From assembly GCA_043228905.1 (NCBI GenBank), contig JBHGNT010000008.1, positions 18,848,001-18,912,000 of the forward strand: a stretch of DNA of 64,000 bases. The letters are read 5' to 3'. This document shows, piece by piece, positions 52,901 through 64,000 of the stretch. The stretch is from Azolla caroliniana. Its lineage: Eukaryota > Plantae > Polypodiophyta. The notes under the pieces were generated by a model, which was not told the origin of the DNA, made no database searches, and saw only the letters and a program-made list of their open reading frames with translations. Position 1 is the stretch's first letter, and every line of letters begins with the position of its first letter. Both the position numbers and the translations under genes were made by a program.

Positions 52901-53392
52901 CGTTTTTGCCCTTACATGATCACTGGTAAGATAAGTGATGTTGCATTTCGTCTTGACCTCCCTCCGCACATGCATCTTCATCCGGTGTTTCATGTATCCC
53001 TTTTGGAACCTTATACTACAAGTTCAATTGGGGGCCATCTTACGACACCCCCACCACCTATCAAGTTCTTGGACGGACCCGAATTTGAAGTTGTTGTCGT
53101 TCTCGATTCTAAAATCGTGCGCAACAAGCTGTATTAGTTAGTCAATTGGCTAGGCTATACCCCCAATGATCGAACTTGGGAACCTGCTGCAAATCTTTCC
53201 AATGTTACGGAACTCATCACTGCATTTCATCGCCAATATCCTAATACATACCCTACGACCCGTTGTCGCGTTGTTACGCGCGTGCGTGGAGAAAGGCGGG
53301 ACCACAGGGGTCTTGGACTAGGGAGTGACGGAGCGTAGGAAGTCGTGCTTCGCCGTTTCCGGGGATCCCAGAAGAATACCGGAAGCGACCGA

Positions 53393-53471
<79 letters not shown>

Positions 53472-54546
53472 TTAACGCCGACTCACACACACACTCGCAC
53501 ACACACACACATGCCGACCGGACTCACGCCCTCATGTACAGGAAACGCAGGGAAAGGCGAAGCACCCGACACCAACAGAGACGTGAATATACACAGATAG
53601 ACGCTAATGTATATATATAAACAGAAGAATACATTCCCAGCTTCGAGCCGGACCGAGGTAGGTTACATTAGTCGTCAGCTGCCAAGCCGCCGGTCTGGGA
53701 GCTCACGGGCTCGTCGCGCCGAGCGGGGTCTTGCGCAGGAGATGAGCTGAAGCAAACCCTAAGCGAACACGAAGGGGAAGAAGAAGAAGAAGAAGAAGAA
53801 GAAGAAACTAACTCTAAACCTAACGGTATACCCTCTAATGCAAAATGGGCAACCCCTTCGCAAAGGGCGCTCCCTTCCTTTTATAGAACAAGGAGAGGGA
53901 TGCGTTACAAGGTGGGATAAATCCCGACTTACATGGGATCGTCTGTCCCGACTTGACTACTCTTCGGCGCCATAAAGGTGCCCTCGTTATTCACACTAAA
54001 TGTACATGGGTGCGTACACACGCTGCACCCCGCCGATGTAGCCAATGTTTCCCAGTTTCCGCCTCTGGCCGAAATTCTTCACGACACCGTGAGACGTGTC
54101 GTCGAAGAAGGGGGATAGTGTCATGATAACATTCACATCATGCATCGAAAGGATCATGACACTCACATTATGACTCGAAAGGATTTGAACCCACGACCTT
54201 GTTGTACACATGTCAAATCCTTAACCATTGTATTAGTTTTTAGAATATGAAATCTAATATCATAGGAATATTCAAAATTCTAGAATGACCTAGAATATTC
54301 TAGAGTGTTCTATACCACTAGAACCTTCTAGAATACTCTAGAGATCTTCTAGATTACTCTACATTCTAGGATAACCTAGAATATTCTAGAGTGTTCTCTA
54401 TTACTTATAAATAGGGATCTACCACTCATCCCAAACCTAAATTGGTTCAATGCCATTTTGTAGCCTACTCTTTGTAATCCATTTTACTCTTCAATATAGT
54501 AACTCTCTTTCAATTATCTCTCTTTCTCTCTCTCTCTCTCTTGACA
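49972..54546 (+). mobile_element. Tcn1-type chromovirus copy B: partial 5' LTR, gag/PR deleted, RT-RH-INT-chromodomain, 3' LTR 54119-54546
   Basis: RT 50312-50851 followed by YLDD; integrase 51786-52511; chromodomain EFEV..VLDSKIVRNKLY.LVNWLGY...RTWEP at ~53080-53240; PPT GAAGAAGGGGGATAG. Inserted in a (GA)n tract of the Copia LTR. Confidence 0.93.
53264..54086 (-). mobile_element. Solo LTR of the TGTCGTGAAG family with 4-bp TSD CCGT
   Basis: Minus strand reads TGTCGTGAAGAA...AACAACGCGACA, the same 3' end as the LTR at 17738-18429. CCGT at 53260-53263 and 54087-54090. Confidence 0.9.
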
Positions 54547-55804
54547 CAGAGACAGACAGACAGACAGAGAGTGAGAGAGATACAAAAAGTTGTTCTGTTG
54601 TAACCGCTGGTAGGTGAAGATAGAGCTCAAGGTCGTTGCCTCTGAGTCTCCCATTGTACCCTTCTTCTCATAGTGATAGTTGGAGTCTGTGGGCTCTCAT
54701 GGTTTTTCTTGATTAGGGTTTTCCACGTAAACATTCAGTGTTGTCTCTATTGTCTGTGTAAGTGCATTGCTATTTTCTGTTTATTTCTTCCATTGTGAGT
54801 TTGAGACTCAGTTGTGGCCGAGCGTTATTCCGCACAATCTGGTATTAGAGCATGGAAGACCCATCGTGGAAGTCGAAGATGAGGGACATGTTGGTGGTTA
54901 AAGATCTCTGGCTGCTAGTATAGTTTGGAGACAAAAGACTGGACAAGATCGATGCTACGACCTAGGAAGTAATGCACATGAAAAGGACGACATACATTCG
55001 ATGCTTCATCGACATGAGCCTGTACAATAGCTTTAATGAAGAGAACAAGGCCAACGAGCTTTGGGAGTAGATCAACACGATGTTGGAAAACAAGAATGTC
55101 GTAAATCGGGTCTTGGTATTCCAAAAGATAGGGAGGCTTCGATATCAAGACGGGACCAACATGGCAGAGCATATGAACTCCTTCAAAGGGCTGATAAACC
55201 AGACTACCTCGCTCGAAGTACCATTAGCTGACGAGGTACTGGCACTTTTATAAGTCAAATTTGCTAAACGATGAAGTTCGCCGAAAGGACCGTGAGTCCG
55301 GAACTGATCTGAGGGTCTTGGTTACGGAAGACAACCATAACCGGGGAAGAGGCAGGAATCAAAGTCCTCAGAACCGGGACAAATCGAGGACGAGGTGGAA
55401 GTCAAGGGGGAGGCCCACTTGCTTTTATTGCAGAAAGCCGAGGCACTTCCTGAAGAATTGACGACACTTCCGGAGAGCCAAAGGGGGTGCAAGTTGATGT
55501 TGAAAGATGTATGACACGGTCCAAAGGTTTGGTTGAACCTAATATCAGTTGGTCGGCTAGATGATGAAGGCTACATGGGTAGAATCCAGAACAGAGTCAT
55601 GAAGTTTTCCAAAGGAAGCCTGATCGTGGACCGATCTCGGAAGATCAACACGTTGTACCTGATGCATGCCTAGATATGCCAAGAAGAAGCGAACATGGTA
55701 TCCGACACTACCAGTGAGTTGTGGCACAAGAGGTCATGTCAAATGAGCCAGAAAAGGATGCAAAGACTTGCCGAAGATAACCTTATTCCAGAGGTGAAAG
55801 ACGT

Positions 55805-57015
55805 TGTCGTGTGGTTTTTCACACACGATATGAAAACTAGTAAAATAATTATTTAAGATTAGCTAATGTATTGATATGGAAAGATAGATGTCTTCAAGAG
55901 CTTCATAACGTATTTTACTACGCATGAAATGGATAAACAAGCATCAAGTTTTGTGAGTGAGAAGTTTGAAGAGAAAAGGGAAAAAAAAAACAAAACTGTG
56001 AGATATCCCACATAGATAGGATAACATTGGATTCCCCAATATATATAGAAAGCCAAAACCTATTCATTATATCAATGTGTGAAACATAGAATGTTCAAGG
56101 TGACTTGGGCAAAATTGTGTGGATGAATGGCTCAAATGATTTTGGGTCACGGCGTATGGCTAGGTCGGGACGTGCGTGGATGCGTACACGGTGCGGTCAG
56201 GACTTGCGCGCGTGAACTCATCTACGGTTTGGTTGCGACGCACGTACGGATCACACATGGGCTAAACTTTATGGATGATTGGGTCATTTGGCCGAATTAT
56301 ACAAACGGTCGCATGCAACTAAAAGCCAAGGCCATGCAACTAAAAGTAAAAGGCATGTAACTAAAAGTAGAGGCCATGCAGTGAACTCATCTACGGTTTG
56401 GTTGCGACGCACGTACGGATCACACATGGGCTAAACTTTATGGATGATTGGGTCATTTGGCCGAATTATACAGACGGTCGCATGCAACTAAAAGCCAAGG
56501 CCATGCAACTAAAAGTAAAAGGCATGTAACTAAAAGTAGAGGCCATGCAACTAAAAGTGGACATGCAAAGTAACATTGGGAAGGGGGATCAACAAAGAGC
56601 TCAATATATGTTCCATTTTTTCCCTCTACTTTTTTTTTCTTTCTTCTCTCTCCGATTCCAAAAACAAATTATCTCTCATATTGATATCAAACTCCGGGTT
56701 TGGCTTGCTTGGCGGGCTCAATCTTTCTTGTCAAAAAAAAATAATCTCTCATATTCATATTGGACCACTCCTTATATGGTTGTTGGCTCCTTTCCTTGAA
56801 AGATTTATCTCTCATTTTCATATCCAATCCATTGTAACATGATTCTAAGTTCATAAAGAATCGATTTCTTTTGCAATAAACGAATGTTTCCTCTCACCTA
56901 CTTGTCTTATATGTGAATCTTGCTTGTGTTGTGCATGTGTGTACTAATTCCTTCCAGTCCATAACCCCGACGGTTCCGTCTCACGATCCGCACATAGTGA
57001 CGAATTCTCACAAGA
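55805..57015 (+). mobile_element. Solo LTR of a related subfamily with 4-bp TSD ACGT and an internal 169-bp tandem duplication
   Basis: Starts TGTCGTGTGG, with 5' part similar to the 9768 LTR. Interrupts Copia EVKDV|HLEKCIDC with ACGT at 55801-55804 and 57016-57019. 56212-56380 is repeated at 56381-56549. Confidence 0.85.
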
Positions 57016-60000
57016 ACGTGCATCTTGAGAAGTGCATCGATTGCTTGGTCGGTAAGAAAAACTGAACCTCCTTCCAAACCCAACCACCATTGAGACAGAA
57101 AGCACCACCGAAACTTGTGCATACCGATGTATGCCAAGTGGACACGAAGTCACATGCCGGATCGCAGTACTTCGTGACATTCATAGAAGACCACGACCGG
57201 AGGTTGTGGGTCTCATCGTTGAAGAAGAAGGACCAGGTATTATACGCCTTCAAGGAATTCCACGTGAGGGTGAAAAGGGAAACCGGTCTGAAGCTAAAGG
57301 TGGTTCGAGTGGACAACGGAGGAGAATAATGGGGGAGGTTCGAGGAGTACTATTGGTCGATGGGTATCCAACTCGAATTCTTTGTGCGAAAGACACCTGA
57401 GCTGAACGGATTGGCTAAAAGGATGAACTAGACTGTGAGGGAGGGAGTCCGGAGCATATGCTGGCACATGCTAAGTTGTGCAAGAAATTTTGGGCTGAGG
57501 CGCTAATGACGACGACTTACGTGATAAATCGATCACCCTCAGCACCCTTGGACGGAGACACACCACAAAGAGTATGGACCGGTAAAAACGTGTCTTACCG
57601 GCACTTGAAGATGTTTGGCTATCGTGCCTACGTACATGTAGCAAAGGACAAGAGAGCGAAATTGGACCCGAAGTCCCGACCATGCATATTCCTTGGATAC
57701 AATGGTGATGAGTTTGGCTACCGAGTGTGGGACTTGATCAACAAGAAGGTCTTCCGGATTCGAGACATAGTCTTCATGGAAGACAATACAATAGCCGATT
57801 GGGAGTCAGAGAAGAAGACAACAGACTCTGGGTCGACCGACATAGATCGGTCAAAAGACACAAGGACCCATCCGGCTGGAAGCCGAATGACACTCAAAGA
57901 ACAAGCCGGAGTTGGACAAGAAACTGAACCGATCGAAGAAGAAGAAGTTTTGAACACCGAAACCGGACGAGCTCCCAAATCGGATTCGGATGAAGAACAG
58001 ATGGAGGAGCCGTGGTCGAAGACCAAGGACGGAGATACCCTCTAAGAGAGAGAAGGCCCCCTTAGAGATTTCCGAAAGAAGAGCGAATATTGCTGACCGA
58101 TGAGGGGGAGACGGAAAGGCTTGAAGAAGCAATGAGGGACACCCATAGCCTCAAGTGGTTGAGTGCCCTGCAGGATGAAATGGATTCCCTGCATGAGAAC
58201 CACACATATGAATTGATGGAGCTGCCTAAGGAAAAGAGAGCGCTCCAGAACAAGTGGGTATACAAGTTGAAACCGAGAGATGCCGGAAATCCACTGAGAT
58301 ACAAAGCCTAGATCGTCGTGAAGGTATTCCAACAGAAGATAGGAGTGGATTTCGATGAGTTCTCCGCCCTGGTAATCAAGATGACATCCATCCGAACAAC
58401 GTTGAGCATAACGGCAAGCATGGACCTCGAGGTAGAGCAACTAGATGTCAAGACGGTGTTCCTACATGGCGACCTCGAAGAAGAGATCCACATGCAACAA
58501 CCAGAAGGTTTTGTCAAGAAAGGGAAGGAGAACCTAGTGTGCCGGTTGAAGAAGATCTTATATGGATTAAGGCAACCCCCCCCCCCCCCCCCCGCCCCCC
58601 CCCCCCCAAGCAATGGTACCAGAAGTTCGACTCCTTCATGACCGATCAAGGATACCACAAGACCTCGGTCGACCATTGCATATATGTGAAGAAGTTTGAC
58701 AGTGGAGACCTCTTGATACTACTGTTGTATATGGGCGACATGTTGATCTTCGGATGAGACTGTATCAAAATCGGAATGCTGAAGAAGGCCTTGAGCCAGT
58801 CCTTCTCAATGAAAGATATGGGTCAAGTGAGACAAATCCTAGCGATGCGCATAATCCGGGACTTGACGAAGAAGCTGTTGTGGTTGTCACATGAGAAGTA
58901 CGTGACAAAAGTGCTCCAATGATTCAACGTGACGGATGCGAAGCCGGTCAGGTTGACACTTCCGGCAAATTGCAAACTGTCCGGAAAGTAGAGCCCGAAG
59001 AGAAAGGCAGAGAAGTCGAAAATGATGAAGATATTGTATGCCTCTGTAATTGGAAGCTTCATGTATGCAATTGTGTGTACACGACCGGATATTGGATACC
59101 AGCCGGTCTACATCCGGATATGTCATGACATATGCAGGGGGAGCCATATCGTGGTAGTCGAGGCTACAGAAGTTCGTTGCCGGACCAAGCACATCCAGAG
59201 GAGATATCATTGGCTCCAGGAGAAGGTAGAAGATAAAGAGTTTTCATTGACGAAGATCCATATGGAGGAGAATGGGTCGGGCATGTTGACCAAGGTAATG
59301 TCAACCGACAAGCTCGACACGTGCCGGAGACGGATCATACTGATGAGACATCCCATGCCAGAGTGAAGGGGGAATTTGTTGGGAAACAGGTCCCTCCGGA
59401 TGAGAACCGGATAAGACGAAGGAAGGAACCAGATCGGATGGATTAGGAAGGAATCCGGCCAGATTCGGTATATAAACCAACAAATGGGAACATATTAGTA
59501 AGTATGTTTAGACGTCGTTGAGGTCATATTTGTAAATAGCCCCAAAGTTATATAAGTATAAATATAACTAGGGCAATATTGTTTGTGTTGTAGATCATCA
59601 TTATAGTTGTTGCTATTATTATTCTTTGTTGTACAGAGAGAGAGAGAGAGAGAGAGAAAGTTGTTCTATTGTAACCGATGGTAGGCGAAGATAGAGCTCG
59701 AGGTCGTTGCCTCTGAGTCTCCCATTGTACCCTTCCTCTCATAGTGATAGTTGGAGTTTGTGGGCTCCCATGGTTTTCCTGATTAGGGTTTTCCACGTAA
59801 ACATTCAATGTCGTCTCTGTTGTTTGTGTAAGTGCACTGCTATTTTCTATTTATTTCTTCCATTGTGAGTTTGAGACTCGGTTGTGGCCGAGCGCTATTC
59901 CGCACACGTCAGTTGCGGATCAATGTAAGACCGAAGAGACGGAGGGTGGCGGTGAGGAGTTGGAGATGAAGCAGACGAGGGTGCCGAAGGAGTTGACCGG

Positions 60001-61508
60001 AGCACCACAGTGAGCTATGAGAGCCTAACAGGCCGAGCGGATTCGAGAGGTGTTCATCGAGAGGAGCCAATGATAACGAAGGCTACGGAGGACGCCATCG
60101 AGGATGATGGAACGACGGTACATGAGGAAGGGCGAAACGAGACGCCTAAAATTTGGCCACGTAAGGGCCTAGAGACGAGCACATATTCAAAGGAGGTCGA
60201 CATCGACGTAGGGGTTGAGCCTTCGGAAGGCAAGCACGGAAGGAGGGAGACGGCACACTGAGGTGCTTGGGATGAGGAGACGGTAAGGCCGAAGGAGGAA
60301 TATATGAGGTGCACGAGGGATGGTATCTGACATGCAATCGTAGTGGTTGGGAGTCTAATAGGAGGTCACACACGGTGAACAAAGGAAGAGTGGTTGGATC
60401 AACAACATCGTTCGGGAGGTCTACTACGACCAGCGGAGAGAAAGGTGCGAGTGCCGGATATTGTGGATCGGATGGAGCCGATGGTTCGAGGACATGCGGT
60501 GGCGGATATGGTGGATCGGGCGGCTATGGTGGTTCGGGTGGAAATGTTGGGCATGTTCGAAATGGAAGATGAAGTCGGATGAGGTCGACGAGGGCGCGGA
60601 GGATTGCCGAAAATCTCACCTCTTCCCCATTCTTGGCACATACCAGTGGATGTGCGGTTTGGTGGGGGTGGATGTCGTGAGGATTTTCGGCTATGTGAGA
60701 AAATCGAGTGGGTCAAATAAAACAGGGATGTGCAACATTGCACATGCACTCAGTAATTGTAAATGAGAATAAGAAAACAAATGTAAAAGGAAAAGAGAAA
60801 TGTAAGGTGCTAACGTACACCACAAAGTTTGTGATGTGTAAATGTGATGTGCACATGCACACATAAAAAAGAGGAGTGCATAGAAGTAAGGGTGTAATAA
60901 GTAGTAGGCATGCTGGGGTGTGTGTGAAAATGAGAGGATAGGGAGTTAAGGCGCCAGCAATCTCTCCTCATAAAATCAAGGCAAATATCCCTCTTTGAAA
61001 AGAGTGGAATATTTGGCCTCTCCTTTTGTAATAAGCTCACCCTTTTCCACTATAAAAGGGGGTGAAGAGGCACCATTGAAGGGGTCGCCATTTTGTTGTT
61101 TCGGGGTAGACCATTAGGGTATTAGTTCTTCTTCATCTAATCCCATTTCGTTTTAGGGTTTTGGTTTTAGGTTCCCCTTCTCTATCATTTTCCTTTCTCT
61201 TGACTAGGGAGGTTTATTTTCTTCTTCTTCTTCCTATCTAGTTAGGTTTTCTTCTAGTTGTGCTTGAGTCTGGCCTAAACGTCCATAGTTGTAATCATAT
61301 TGTGGCTTTTGTGCCCCGTAATGAAAATTGTTTGATGAACCTTGTCTCGGTTAGTTCTTTGTCGTTTTAATCCTTTGACCATTGTTCCTATCCTTTTGAG
61401 CTCGGAGGCCGTAAGGGTTGAGCTTCCATTTCCCCTTTTAATCCCAAGTCCAAGACCCCCATGGTCCCGCCCAAGTCGACACACACGCGTGAATTTCCGC
61501 GACATCTT

Positions 61509-62787
61509 TATTCCGCGTGAATGTATCGGAACGGGGCAGGACCACCGGGGTCTCGGACCAAGGAGCCTGTAAGGGAAGAGAAATTTACTGGATTAGTGTC
61601 CAAATATCTTTGTTGGAGCGTGGTCCAGACTCATATTCAATCCGGGCCCGACTCCGAATGTCGGACGATGAGCGCATGGGCTCAGAAAACTGTACTACTC
61701 CGAACCTATTGCCGGTTAGCAAGTGATGAGCTCATGACCTCACACCCTTGGGCACACACCAGCAAACAAAAAGGAACGGAGGTAAGAACGTGGGCAGAGA
61801 CAAGAAAGACAAAAATCCGGAAACAACGAGGTAGTCTGTTAATCTATGGAAGAGAATTACAACCAGAGTCAAGCGGCAACAGAGCTTCGAGCTCTCCACA
61901 CCCACACACACAAACGTTAGTGAGCCTTCGATCGGGAGCACATGGGCTACCAGTGCGAAATGGAGGCCTCACAACACCACACCGAAAACAAAAACCTACA
62001 GAGCTCAGTCCGGTAGCACTTCGTACTCCCATTTCGTAACCTCGTCTCAGTCTTCTCTCCCCCTCTTTCATATCTCCAAGAGAGAGAGAGGAGTCGTTAT
62101 GTCAGGCCGTTAAGACAACCGCTTTTAGTCCCTGATTCTCTCCTCGATCTCCTCCAGTCAATTAGCTTTATTCCTTTATCAATGTGGCCATAAAGTACCT
62201 ATTAAATCACTCTTACCTAGTATTCATCAACACTCAAACTAATATTTACACATGTTTGTACACAAAGATAATTTCATGTGCATCCGTGCACACCCTTGTT
62301 CACGCGCATCCGACCCTTTTTTCTTCCTATGGTTGGAATCCTTCACGACACCGGGGTAATGAATCTCGAGAAGAGGAAATGACGCCTTCTTATTGGTCCT
62401 TTGAATTAGAACCCAAGGATATCATTTTGAAGCTCTACTCGCATATCGAAAACCTATATCCTCTTTATCTACTACCTCTCAAGCCAATCCATGTAACAAA
62501 GTCCAGAAAACCTATTTGATTGAAATTAAACCTTTGATTTATTCTACCCTTTTGATATTCATATAAAATTAATTTCAAAAAATATATTATCTAATATTAT
62601 TGTTATCGAACAAGGATTGTAACGGAATTTGTACAATGTGATTCCAATTTGGGGTGCAAAGTTATATGTGATTCGGGTGCTTAATCGACAAAAGATGAAA
62701 CTAGAATTATCATCTCAGGAAACTCATGACGCAGACACGAAAATTTCACCTTAAGTGCCATGGTGGAGTTTCCGGATCTGGATTCTG
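61509..62787 (-). repeat. Inverted copy of 46419-47708 (LTR plus ~435 bp of its outside flank)
   Basis: The same flank/LTR junction (…TTACCCCGG|TGTCGTGAAGG) appears reverse-complemented at 62340-62360. Confidence 0.9.
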
Positions 62788-62789
62788 AG

Positions 62790-63846
62790 CGTCTCAGTCT
62801 TCTCTCCCCCCCTTTTATATCTCCAGGAGGAGAGAGGAGTCGTCACGTCAGGCCGTTAAGACAGTCGCTTTCAGTCCCTAATTCTCTCCTCAATCTCCTC
62901 TAGTAAACCACCTTTATTCCTCTATTCGTGTGGCCATAAAGTTCCTATTAAATCAGTCCTACCTAGTATTCATTAACACTCAAACTAATATTTACACATG
63001 TTTGTACATAAAAATAGTTTCGTGTGCATTCGTGCACACCCCCGATCACGTGCATCCGGCCCCTTTTTTGAGCGCTCCACACTCACACACTCAGAGGATA
63101 GTGAGCCTTCGATCGGGAGTGCACGGGCTACCAACGCAAGACAGAGGCCTCATAGCACAACGAAGGAAATAGAAAACGGAGAACATGAGTCTGCAGAGCT
63201 TAGTCGAGCAGCACCTCCTCCAAATCGTGGATCCCTAACACAGTTCAAAGCCTCCCTTTTTATGGACAAAAGCCGAATCACCAAGTGCTGCCACCGGAAT
63301 GCCTAAAGTCGTCGTTGTAGGAACCCCCAAATCAAACCAGACTCTCACACGAAGAAGAAGAGAGAGTAACACCTGAAACCCTAACTCGCACGAACTCGCA
63401 CAAGAAGAAGAACCTAAACGGAATACTAACGGCCACTCGAAAGAATGAACCAAACCCACGAGACAATAAAGAAGACTAAAATGAAACCCTAAAATGAAAT
63501 AGGATGAAAAGACCAAAGTACAAACCCTAAGGGAATAAGAATAAGATGAAGACCAAGAAAACTACCAAACCCTAGACCTAAGTGGTATACCCTTCCTAAC
63601 TCAAAATGGGCAACCCTTTTACGAGGGACACTCTCTTCCTTTTATAGAACAAGGAGAGGGATGCATAACAATGTGGGATAAATCCCTTATTACATGGGGT
63701 TCTCTGTCCCAACTTTACTCCTATTCGGCGCCATAAAGGTACCCCCATTATTCACACGTTTATACAAGGGTAAGTGCACATGATGCACTTCGCTGATACC
63801 ACTAACTTCTCTGGTTTTCTCACTATGGTCGTGAATCTTCACGACA
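62790..63846 (-). mobile_element. Rearranged LTR fragments of the TGTCGTGAAG family; an LTR start lies at 63846
   Basis: 62790-63230 repeats 62044-62310 and then 61890-62020 in shuffled order. 63580-63846 resembles 53810-54086. Confidence 0.75.
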
Positions 63847-64000
63847 ACATGCAACACATTCATGAGTTTCCCTTTCGGCCCGACGTGGCTGAGGGGAACT
63901 TCGCCAACATGTTCGATGGTATGTGGAGTGTCATCTCCCATTTCGACCACTCCTTGTTTTTCTGGCTTCTCCAAGTACGAGAACCATTCCTCATGACTTG
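63847..64000 (-). mobile_element. Ty1/Copia protease fragment running off the window
   Basis: IEHVGEVPLSHVG.KGKLMNVLHV, colinear with 20042-20195. Confidence 0.9.

Larger units (their letters stand above)
49658..59906 (+). mobile_element. Full-span but decayed Ty1/Copia (Tnt1-like). 5' LTR 49658-54836 (split by a Tcn1 insertion), PBS 54840-54851, 3' LTR 59377-59906
   Basis: Matching LTRs TGTTGGGAAA...CCGCACA. PBS TGGTATTAGAGC. Gag CFYCRKPRHFLKN, integrase, RT LDVKTVFLHGDLEEEI, PPT GAAGGGGGAATT. Degenerate 5-bp TSD CGGCG/CGTCA. Confidence 0.92.
46855..61504 (+). mobile_element. Non-autonomous, gag-bearing LTR element of the TGTCGTG family, interrupted by a Copia at 49658-59906
   Basis: 5' LTR 46855-47715 (TGTCGTGAAG...CGCGACA), PBS 47720-47737, gag-like ORF fragments 47733-48500, acidic repeats 48500-49657 resuming at 59907, PPT 60659-60672, 3' LTR 60673-61504. 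No pol. Confidence 0.8.

Noticed and set aside
46419-62787. Giant DNA transposon with 1.3-kb TIRs
   Set aside because: No TSD and no transposase; the repeats are mostly an LTR.

Overview
Eukaryotic plant DNA, probably from a non-seed land plant such as a fern or lycophyte; this is inferred from the retrotransposon lineages, not proven. One clear host gene sits in a central island (~25.5-46.4 kb): a 5-exon FBH/AKS-type (subfamily IX) bHLH on the minus strand, CDS 35930-32999, with a GC-AG first intron and three ABRE/G-boxes upstream. The island is flanked by two blocks of nested, decayed LTR retrotransposons (1-25.5 kb and 46.4-64 kb). These comprise several Ty1/Copia elements, two copies of a Tcn1-type chromovirus (self-priming, with LTRs full of heat-shock elements) and a Ylt1-like Ty3/Gypsy family. 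The Ylt1-like family is the most interesting system. It has a pol-coding member, pol-less partners carrying acidic repeats (one also with gag), and solo LTRs. Shared features are the LTR termini TGTCGTG(A)...CGCGACA, a tRNA-Trp primer site, a covarying hairpin before the PPT and 4-bp TSDs. All six readable target sites are centred on a CpG or its deaminated form. Also present are a hAT MITE with an 8-bp TSD, a 4x180-bp tandem repeat and several inversion/fold-back rearrangements. No TE reading frame is intact.
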